Made by a program: the position numbers and the translations under genes
The notes under the pieces: model-generated
Databases searched by the model: none
Told to the model about the DNA's origin: nothing
Seen by the model: only the letters and a program-made list of their open reading frames with translations
In this document: positions 10,075 to 17,743 of the stretch, piece by piece
How positions within the stretch are numbered: the first letter of the stretch is position 1
Layout of the letters: each line of letters starts with the position of its first letter
Assembly: GCA_902564295.1 (NCBI GenBank)
Contig: CACFAO010000001.1
Span: forward strand, 25,051 to 89,050
Direction: 5' to 3'
Length of the DNA stretch: 64,000 bases
Source of the DNA: an uncultured Pelagibacteraceae bacterium
GTDB taxonomy: Bacteria; Pseudomonadota; Alphaproteobacteria; Pelagibacterales; AG-422-B15

Positions 10075-10855
10075 TTGTATTTTTTCTATCATAATCGTCT
10101 TCGTACCTGACAATATCATCCTCACCAAAGTATGTTCCTGTCTGAATTTCAATTATATTTAGTGGCGAATCAGTATTGTTTTCTAATCGATGTTTACTAC
10201 CTACTGGAATAAAAATTGAATTATTAACTTTTAAATGATGCTGATTGTCATCAATCAATACAGTCGCGTCACCCTTAATAACCGTCCATACTTCAGATCT
10301 TTCTGCATGTGACTGATAACTTAGCCTTGAATTTGGATTAACTTGTATTTCCTTGATTTTATGATCATCGCTATCATCAATTATTCGAAACCAACCCCAT
10401 GGTCTGTATTCAAGTGGTCCTTGCCAATTTTTTAATATCCAACTAGATGAGTTTTTTTTAAAATCACCTCCAACACCAAATTTAAATTCTACATTGTTAT
10501 TTTTTTTAAATTTTTCCATCTCGGGAATATTATCTGATGTCCTATCCCCTCCATTTGCAAAAATTATTTTGTTATTTGGATATTGATCTATTACCTTTTG
10601 AATTGCATCTGAAGCTGAATTTAATTCATCATCAGAAAATTCAATTGCTTTATCCACTACAGATAAGTTTGATACAATTTCAACTCTTTCCTTTATTGGA
10701 AGAAAAGGACTTCCTTTTTTTTGTATCAACCATTGATCAGAATTGACTCCTACAATAAGTTTATCACCTAATTTTTTTGCATCTTTTAGATACGCTATAT
10801 GCCCACTGTGAATAGGATCAAATCCTCCAGTTACAAGTACAATTATCTCTGACAT
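10067..10855 (-). CDS. Fusion protein: an N-terminal cytidylyl/adenylyltransferase-like domain (RfaE-II/TagD type) joined to a C-terminal type-II phosphomannose-isomerase cupin domain
   Basis: The N-terminal part reads VLVTGGFDPIHSGHIAYLKDAKKLGDKLIVGVNSD (HxGH nucleotidyltransferase motif). The C-terminal part reads RPWGWF..I.VNPNSRLSYQSHAERSEVWTVIKGDATV..IPVGSKHRLEN..PLNIIEIQTGTYFGEDDIVRYEDDY, which is the ManC C-terminal cupin pattern. The likely start is the ATG at 10855, whose A is shared with the polA TGA (TGATG). Confidence 0.75.
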   Translation of the reverse strand: MSEIIVLVTGGFDPIHSGHIAYLKDAKKLGDKLIVGVNSDQWLIQKKGSPFLPIKERVEIVSNLSVVDKAIEFSDDELNSASDAIQKVIDQYPNNKIIFANGGDRTSDNIPEMEKFKKNNNVEFKFGVGGDFKKNSSSWILKNWQGPLEYRPWGWFRIIDDSDDHKIKEIQVNPNSRLSYQSHAERSEVWTVIKGDATVLIDDNQHHLKVNNSIFIPVGSKHRLENNTDSPLNIIEIQTGTYFGEDDIVRYEDDYDRKNTNE

Positions 10856-13671
10856 CAATGAGCATCACTCCAATTTAAAGCGTGGTTATAATCAACCACT
10901 AAGGGAACAGAAAAATCAAATTTTGGTTTTAAAGCATTTTCCATTTCCTTTATTATTATCTCCTTGAAGTGGTTCAATTTACTCTTTTTTATTTCAAATA
11001 TTAATTCATCATGAACCTGCAGCAACATTTTACAGTCCTTTGAGTCTTTAATTTTACCATTTATTTTTATCATAGCTAATTTTATTATATCTGCTGCAGT
11101 ACCTTGAATTGGAGCATTTATTGCTGCTCTTTCCTGAAATGATCTAAGAGCAAAGTTCTTATCCTTTATTCTTGGAAAAAAACATTTTCTTCCACAAATC
11201 GTTTCAACATAGCCATTTTTCCGACAATACTCTTTAGTGTGATCCATAAATTCTTTAATTCCTGAAAATTTCTGAAAATATCTTTTTATAAAATCTCCCG
11301 CTTCATAATTTGAGATTGAGAGTTGCTTCGCAAGTCCATAAGCTGAAATACCATATATTATACCAAAGTTGACTGCTTTTGCTTTTCTCCTTAATTCATT
11401 ATCAACTTCTTTTAATTTTACATTAAAGATTTCTGCAGCTGTAATTTGGTGAATATCTTCATTATTTATGAATGCATCCTTTAGTTGCGTAACATTAGCC
11501 ATATGAGCGAGAACTCTCAGTTCAATTTGACTATAATCAGCAGCTAGCATGACAAAGCCTTGTTCGGGTATAAAAGCTTTTCTAATTGACTTTCCTTCTT
11601 CAGTTCTTATCGGAATATTCTGTAAGTTTGGGTCTGATGATGCCAGTCTTCCTGTGTTAGTTGAAGCCATGGAAAATGAAGTATGTATTCTGCCTGTTTC
11701 TCTGACAATGTGGTTTTGAAGTGCATCAGTATAAGTATTTTTGAGTTTTGAGAGTTGTCGCCACAGAATAATATTGTCAGCAACTTTATTTCCTTCGTAT
11801 GCAAGGTCCTCTAAAACTTCGATACCTGTTGATTTTTCCCCTGTTTTAGTTTTTTTGGGAGGCTTAAGTTTTAATTTATCAAATAAGATCTCTGATAATT
11901 GTTTGGGAGAGCCGATATTAAATTCTGAGCCTGTTTCTTTGTAAATTTTTCTTTCAAGTTTTTCTATTCTTTGAGAAAATTTAACTGACAAATCACTCAG
12001 ATACTTCTTGTCAACTTTAATTCCATTAATTTCCATTGATTGGATTGGATTGATTAGTTCTCTCTCTATATTGGTGTAAATGTAATTACCCTTCTCTTGA
12101 TTTACTCTTTTCTTTAAAAAAAGATACAACTTAAAAGTAATTTCTGCATCTTCAGCTGCGTAATTTAGTGCATCTTCAATTTTAACCTTGTCAAAAGTTA
12201 TCTGGGACTTACCGCTACCAACTACATCTTTAAATTTAATAGTTTCTCTATTCAAATGGATACTAGCTAGTTCATCCATACTATGTCGATTGACTCCCGC
12301 ATCAAGCACATAAGACATTAACATAGTATCATGAAAGCCTCTAACAACCACTCCATATTTATCTAAAATTGAATTATCATATTTAATATTGTGGCCTATT
12401 TTTATGATGGACTCGTCTATCATTAGTGGAGAAATAATTGTTAGAAAGTTTTTTAGAGAAATTTGATTTTCAGCATTTTTTCCTTTCTGATCAACATGCT
12501 GAAGTGGAATGTAATAGGCATTTTTTTGATTAAAACACAGAGAGACTCCAACTAAATTAGCTTCAATTATATTTAGCGAGTCAGTTTCGACATCATATAC
12601 AAATTCCCCTGCATCATAAATTTCACTGATCAGATTTTTAAGTTTTTTATCATCGTTTATTAAAATGTAAGAAGATTTTGATTTAGAAATTTTGATTTGT
12701 TCATTCAAATTATTTTTGGGAATTTTATTATCATTGCTTAAATTTATTTGTTGATTTTTTTTTGTTAAGCCCTTCGCTGTTATTTTTAAGTTAGGATTTT
12801 TTTTTCTTATTCTCTCAGAGAGTTTTTTTAGTTCAAGCTTATCTAAAAAAGGTATTAAACTTTCAACAGAAATGTCTTTTTTGACTAAATCATTGAGTTC
12901 TGGAATATCTTTTACGTCTTTTCTCAAAGTTACTAATTCTTTGCTGATAAGAATATTCTTCTTATTATCTCGAATTGTTTCTCTTCTCTTTTGCTGCTTA
13001 ATATTATCATAGTTTTCGAGAAGACTTTCTAAATTACCGAAATCATTTATGAGCTGAGCTGCTGTTTTGACACCTATACCAGGAGCTCCTGGTACGTTGT
13101 CTGAACTGTCACCGGCTAGAGCTTGAACATCGACAACATATTCAGGAGTTACTCCAAACTTTTCAAATACTTCACTAGGACCAATAGTTTTGTTTTTCAT
13201 TGTATCGATTAATTTCACCTGATTTGAAACAATTTGCATAAGATCTTTATCAGAGGAAACTACAGATACATTCCATTTTTTATCTTCTGCTAGTGATGCG
13301 TATGTTGCAATGATATCATCTGCTTCAAAACCACTTAATTCAATAGATGGTATGCCAAAAGCTTTCACAGCATCCTTGATTATTTTAAATTGTGGTATTA
13401 AGTCCTCTGGTGGGTCACCTCTATTAGCTTTATATTCTCTATAAATTTCATTTCTGAAAGTTTTTCTGGCACTATCAAAAATTACCGCAAGATGTGTAGG
13501 GCTAATCTTTTTGTCTGTATCCTCAATTAATTTATAAAGCATATTGCAAAAACCATTCACCGCTCCGGTTGGTAGTCCATCGCTTTTCCGATATAATGGT
13601 GGCAATGCGTAAAATGCTCTAAAAATATATCCTGATCCATCAACCAAAAATAGGTGATTTTTTTCTGCCAT
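10855..13671 (-). CDS. polA: DNA polymerase I
   Basis: The 938-aa protein has a 5'-3' exonuclease N-terminus (LFLVDGSGYIFRAFYA), a 3'-5' exonuclease region, and polymerase motifs ADYSQIELRVLAH and LLQVHDELIFE. Confidence 0.97.
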   Translation of the reverse strand: MAEKNHLFLVDGSGYIFRAFYALPPLYRKSDGLPTGAVNGFCNMLYKLIEDTDKKISPTHLAVIFDSARKTFRNEIYREYKANRGDPPEDLIPQFKIIKDAVKAFGIPSIELSGFEADDIIATYASLAEDKKWNVSVVSSDKDLMQIVSNQVKLIDTMKNKTIGPSEVFEKFGVTPEYVVDVQALAGDSSDNVPGAPGIGVKTAAQLINDFGNLESLLENYDNIKQQKRRETIRDNKKNILISKELVTLRKDVKDIPELNDLVKKDISVESLIPFLDKLELKKLSERIRKKNPNLKITAKGLTKKNQQINLSNDNKIPKNNLNEQIKISKSKSSYILINDDKKLKNLISEIYDAGEFVYDVETDSLNIIEANLVGVSLCFNQKNAYYIPLQHVDQKGKNAENQISLKNFLTIISPLMIDESIIKIGHNIKYDNSILDKYGVVVRGFHDTMLMSYVLDAGVNRHSMDELASIHLNRETIKFKDVVGSGKSQITFDKVKIEDALNYAAEDAEITFKLYLFLKKRVNQEKGNYIYTNIERELINPIQSMEINGIKVDKKYLSDLSVKFSQRIEKLERKIYKETGSEFNIGSPKQLSEILFDKLKLKPPKKTKTGEKSTGIEVLEDLAYEGNKVADNIILWRQLSKLKNTYTDALQNHIVRETGRIHTSFSMASTNTGRLASSDPNLQNIPIRTEEGKSIRKAFIPEQGFVMLAADYSQIELRVLAHMANVTQLKDAFINNEDIHQITAAEIFNVKLKEVDNELRRKAKAVNFGIIYGISAYGLAKQLSISNYEAGDFIKRYFQKFSGIKEFMDHTKEYCRKNGYVETICGRKCFFPRIKDKNFALRSFQERAAINAPIQGTAADIIKLAMIKINGKIKDSKDCKMLLQVHDELIFEIKKSKLNHFKEIIIKEMENALKPKFDFSVPLVVDYNHALNWSDAH

Positions 13672-13848
13672 TTATTTAAGTATAAATAATTTACTACAAT
13701 ACGGACAAACAATCTGATTATCATTTCCCATATCAAGGTATACTTTGGGGTGACCTAATGGACCTTCAACTCCAGCACAGCTTAATTTTTTTGAATTCAC
13801 ATATTCAACATCTTTATTTTTTTCGCTTTTTATTCCTGGAGAATTCAT
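13672..13848 (-). CDS. Small zinc-finger protein, zf-CHCC type (58 aa; related to the NDUFS6-type zinc knuckle)
   Basis: Hand translation gives MNSPGIKSEKNKDVEYVNSKKLSCAGVEGPLGHPKVYLDMGNDNQIVCPYCSKLFILK*. The C..GHP.VYL....CPYC pattern is the zf-CHCC signature. The length is below the 60-aa ORF-track cutoff. Its TAA stop (13672-13674) directly abuts the polA ATG (13669-13671). Confidence 0.75.
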   Translation of the reverse strand: MNSPGIKSEKNKDVEYVNSKKLSCAGVEGPLGHPKVYLDMGNDNQIVCPYCSKLFILK

Positions 13849-13910
13849 AATCAGAATGATACAAGAAATTACTTTGAAAAACTATTAATTCTAATATTTA
13901 TTATTTTTTT

Positions 13911-14840
13911 ATGTCAAGCGATGTTGCAATATTAGTAAGAGATTTAAATAAAATTTACGGCTTAGGATCTAAAAATGAAAAGGTAGCTTTAAATAACATC
14001 TCCCTTCAAGTTAAGAAAGGCTCGATATTTGGATTGCTAGGACCTAATGGTGCAGGTAAATCAACTTTTATTAATATTTTAGCTGATCTAGTAAAAAAAA
14101 CGTCAGGCCAAATAAACATATTTGGCATGAATCATGATGAAAAGTTAAAAGATGTAAAAAAATTAATGGGTATAGTACCTCAAGAGTTAAACATTGATCC
14201 TTTTTTCACTCCGTATGAATTATTAGAAATTCAGGCTGGTTTATTTGGTGTCCCAAAACCTAATAGGAGGACTGATGAGATCCTTAAGCTTCTTGCACTA
14301 GAGGATAAATCTAACGCATACGCTAGAACATTATCAGGAGGAATGAGAAGAAGATTACTTATAGCCAAGGCAATGGTTCATAATCCTGAAATATTAATTC
14401 TTGATGAACCAACTGCAGGGGTGGATGTTGAGCTTAGGGCGAATTTATGGGCCAGCATAAATAGATTAAATAGTGAAGGTAAAACGATAATTATTACAAC
14501 TCATTATTTACACGAAGCAGAGGAATTATGTAATGAAATTGCAATAATAGATAATGGTAATTTAATAACAAAAGATACTACATCAAATATAAAGTCGTTA
14601 ATTGACCGAAAGCAGATAATTATTTCGTTAGATAATAAAAACTTTAATCTAGAGCCAATAATAGAATTGGATATAGAATGTGAACTTGAAAATAATACTC
14701 TAATAATAAACTATAAGCCCAGTGAAATTAGATTCAACAAAATTTTAGATGCATTACGATCTTCTAATATTCAAGTAAAAGATTTAACAGTTAATGAGAC
14801 AAAACTTGAAGATGTATTTCTGAAATTAACTAAAAGTTAG
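13911..14840 (+). CDS. ABC-2-type transporter ATP-binding subunit, YadG-like
   Basis: Walker A GPNGAGKST, the signature LSGGMRRRL and Walker B ILILDEPTAGVD are present, followed by a C-terminal extension of about 90 aa. The protein is collinear with E. coli YadG as I recall it. No permease gene follows. Confidence 0.85.
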   Translation: MSSDVAILVRDLNKIYGLGSKNEKVALNNISLQVKKGSIFGLLGPNGAGKSTFINILADLVKKTSGQINIFGMNHDEKLKDVKKLMGIVPQELNIDPFFTPYELLEIQAGLFGVPKPNRRTDEILKLLALEDKSNAYARTLSGGMRRRLLIAKAMVHNPEILILDEPTAGVDVELRANLWASINRLNSEGKTIIITTHYLHEAEELCNEIAIIDNGNLITKDTTSNIKSLIDRKQIIISLDNKNFNLEPIIELDIECELENNTLIINYKPSEIRFNKILDALRSSNIQVKDLTVNETKLEDVFLKLTKS

Positions 14841-17511
14841 ATTTTTTTCTTGGAAATAATTTATCAAGTAAAACAGCTAGAGCAGGTAATGTCGTCATCG
14901 CGCACACCATATTTATAATAAACATAAATGTAAGTAACGAACCCATGTCTGCTTGAAATTTTAGCGCAGAGAATGACCATGTAGAGACACCAATTGCTAA
15001 AGTAATAGCAGTAAATACAACTGCAGCACCGGTATTTGCAAAAGTATGCTCAAATGCTTCTGTGATACCTAATCCTTCTTTCATTCTCATATTGAGTCTG
15101 TTGTAAATATAAAATGCGTAGTCTACTCCTACTCCAACTGCAAGGACCATTACTGGTAAAGTGGAAACTTTTAGACCAATTTGTGCTAGTTCCATAAAAG
15201 CATAGCCAAGCATCGTTGCAAAAGTAAGAGGGACAGTGCAACATATTGTAGCTCTCCAGTCAAAGTAAGTGGTAAATACTAGAATAATAATAACAATATA
15301 TACTGCAATCATCATCGGTAATTCACCTTTTTCAATAACTTCATTAGTTGCATGTTGAATACCAACTGTGCCACTAGCAAGCCTATATTTTATTTCATCT
15401 GACTCAAATACGATGTCAGAATATTCAGGATTTTTCTCAAAAAATTCCTTAAATACTTTTTCTGATTGCTTAATGTCTCTAACCCTGAAGTTTACATTTT
15501 CATCAAATGATTCTATGTCTCTGTAGTAATTTCCTAGACTTCCAACCCACAGGTTTCGGCTATTAAATCCATTTTCATAAGCAAAGTCAGTGAACTCATC
15601 ATCACTAAACACAGCTGGATTTTTTAGACCAAGAACATCAATTGGCTGCATTGTTGTACCTGAGAAGGCTGCAAAAGGAATTATATCAGTGCCTTCTGTT
15701 GGTTTTTGTATCTGAACCCTCCAAGTAACTGAGTCCTCAAGTTCACGATATTTTTCATTGTATGATTCAACAGTTTTAATGATATGACTAATGGTTGTCG
15801 CTTTGTGGTCTTCAGTAAAAACATAAATAGGCATTATTGAACATGCTTCATTAATTAACCCTGTTGAAGGGTCAACAACACTAGTTGCAAATGCTAGTGC
15901 TCTTTCATTTCTTGGTAAATATGTCCATTTAAGATTACCCTCTGCGTAACCGCTTAAAGCTCGTTTAGCAACACTTGATAAAGAAATCACCTTTGTAACT
16001 CCATCAATGTTTTCTAAATACCAATGAAGGTTATCCTGTGCGGCCATTACATCATCTGACCTGCAAGGGTTTATTCCAACTGCAGCTCCAACTTCAGCAA
16101 TAACAACTAAAACATCGGTTGTAACATTATATCTTTTTGTTAATTCTGTGATATCTTGATTATATCTTGCCTCTGCCCTAAGCTCAGGAGCGCCTGCATG
16201 TAAATCTCCGACGTGTCTCTCACTAGCTAAATACGTAGCTCCTGCAAATAATAATGCACTGAAAGACAGGGTTATAACAGCAGGTCTGGGTCTAGCTAAT
16301 TTACCAAAGAAACCCATTAGATTTTGTCGATATGTTATTGCAGACTGGGCTCTAGTCGCAAAACTTTCATTATACCTAGCATATGAAGCCGCAAGTGGGA
16401 GCATGACGAGATTAGTAATAATTTTGAAGGCGACCCCAATTGATGCAGTGATTGCAAGTTCTTGAATCATACCAATTGGAAGTAAAATTAATGTTCCAAA
16501 ACCAACTAAATCGGTGATTAATGCCATTGTTCCAGGAACTAACAATCTTGAAAAAGAAGCCCTAGCTGCAAACTCAGCGGATTGTCCATCTATAACTTCT
16601 TTGGTGATCTGATTAACTTGCTGGATTCCATGTGAAACACCTATAGCAAATACTAAAAAGGGAACAAGAATTGCTAGAGGGTCAAGCCCAAAACCTAAGA
16701 TTTTTAACATTCCAAATTGCCATACTAAAGATGTTAATGAACATACAAGTGGAAGAAAGGTAAGTGTCCATGATCGTGAGTACCAATAAACCGCTAATAC
16801 AGTAAGCAAGAAAGCTAAAGCAAAAAATATTACAACGTTATATGCTTCACTTGCAATATCAGAGATCATCTTAGCAAAGCCAGTTATCTCAACTCTATAT
16901 ATTCCCTGCTCGAATTCATCCCTAATTTCTTCGATGTCTTTACCTAACTGCAAGTAGTCTAATTTCTCTCCAGTTTTTCTATTGAACTCAGTAAGTTCAA
17001 CTTTAATGAGCGATGAAGTAAAATCATTTGAAACGATACTGCCTACATGCCCCCCTGTTAATATTCGTTCCTTAATCTTATTAATTTCATCTTCGGATAA
17101 TTTTTCAGGAGTCAGATTGCCGGGTATTACTTCCGTACTTTCAAAGCCCTCTTCAGTAACACGCATCACTTTCACATTCGGCGTCCACAGTGATTGCATT
17201 GATCCTTGATTAACGCCTGGTAAATATCTTATTGATTGATTTAAATCGAAAAGCTTTTTGAAATACTCTCTATTAAAGATGTCGCCTTCAGTCGCTCTAA
17301 GTGCAACAGTGATGCTGTTTGTACCGCTTAAATCATTTTGATATTCGTAATAAGTTTTTACAAATGAATGGCTGCTTGGTAATTGTTTATAAAAACCTGC
17401 GTCCATTCTGATTTGAACTGCAAAATAGCCCATTACAATTGTTAGCAAAACGAAACTAGCGAGGACCCAAAAACGGAATTTAAAAAACCAATTTTCAATT
17501 TTTTGCAACAT
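14830..17511 (-). CDS. RND-superfamily exporter (MMPL/HpnN-like, COG1033-type), 893 aa
   Basis: The topology is TM1, a loop of about 190 aa, TM2-6 (..FLVFAIGVSHGIQ..), TM7, a loop of about 300 aa, then TM8-12 (..VLAVGVGVDYAFYI..), i.e. internally duplicated 1+5 TM halves typical of RND/SSD proteins. The substrate is unknown. Confidence 0.8.
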   Translation of the reverse strand: MLQKIENWFFKFRFWVLASFVLLTIVMGYFAVQIRMDAGFYKQLPSSHSFVKTYYEYQNDLSGTNSITVALRATEGDIFNREYFKKLFDLNQSIRYLPGVNQGSMQSLWTPNVKVMRVTEEGFESTEVIPGNLTPEKLSEDEINKIKERILTGGHVGSIVSNDFTSSLIKVELTEFNRKTGEKLDYLQLGKDIEEIRDEFEQGIYRVEITGFAKMISDIASEAYNVVIFFALAFLLTVLAVYWYSRSWTLTFLPLVCSLTSLVWQFGMLKILGFGLDPLAILVPFLVFAIGVSHGIQQVNQITKEVIDGQSAEFAARASFSRLLVPGTMALITDLVGFGTLILLPIGMIQELAITASIGVAFKIITNLVMLPLAASYARYNESFATRAQSAITYRQNLMGFFGKLARPRPAVITLSFSALLFAGATYLASERHVGDLHAGAPELRAEARYNQDITELTKRYNVTTDVLVVIAEVGAAVGINPCRSDDVMAAQDNLHWYLENIDGVTKVISLSSVAKRALSGYAEGNLKWTYLPRNERALAFATSVVDPSTGLINEACSIMPIYVFTEDHKATTISHIIKTVESYNEKYRELEDSVTWRVQIQKPTEGTDIIPFAAFSGTTMQPIDVLGLKNPAVFSDDEFTDFAYENGFNSRNLWVGSLGNYYRDIESFDENVNFRVRDIKQSEKVFKEFFEKNPEYSDIVFESDEIKYRLASGTVGIQHATNEVIEKGELPMMIAVYIVIIILVFTTYFDWRATICCTVPLTFATMLGYAFMELAQIGLKVSTLPVMVLAVGVGVDYAFYIYNRLNMRMKEGLGITEAFEHTFANTGAAVVFTAITLAIGVSTWSFSALKFQADMGSLLTFMFIINMVCAMTTLPALAVLLDKLFPRKKSNF

Positions 17512-17686
17512 TATTTAATAAGGTTTATACGTGATAGGGGGGAAAATATGAGAAAATCATTGCTTTGTATACGTTAAAATTAAAATCTATAAAATTTATT
17601 TCAAGTTATCAGAGTAAAAGATAATAATGACAAATCTTTATTAAATCTTTAAGATATTGAAATTAAATGATATTTTAAATTTAAAA

Positions 17687-17702
17687 ATGAACAACTGTTC
17701 AT
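17687..17702. promoter_or_regulatory. Perfect palindrome ATGAACA-AC-TGTTCAT (contains GAAC-N4-GTTC); candidate operator upstream of the di-iron protein gene
   Basis: The 7-bp arms are exact reverse complements. The element ends 41 nt upstream of the ATG at 17744, within the 232-bp divergent intergenic region. Confidence 0.3.
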
Positions 17703-17743
17703 AAATATATTTAATAATTTATCAGATTTGTTATACTTCCATA

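Noticed and set aside
10075-10152. Long N-terminal extensions given by the ORF track for the MFS transporter (start 10152) and for the glucosaminidase-domain protein (start 58649).
   Set aside because: Both extensions overlap the preceding gene by 65-86 nt and encode non-membrane, non-conserved-looking residues. Internal Mets (10074 and 58571) give short overlaps or gaps and sensible N-termini ([13 protein letters not shown].. and MNILITQDKN.. followed by a TM anchor).
17687-17702. The GAAC-N4-GTTC palindrome considered as an SOS (LexA/Cheo) box.
   Set aside because: That motif belongs to Gram-positive LexA; alphaproteobacterial LexA recognises GTTC-N7-GTTC direct repeats. The downstream gene is not a repair gene. 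I keep it only as an unassigned operator candidate.
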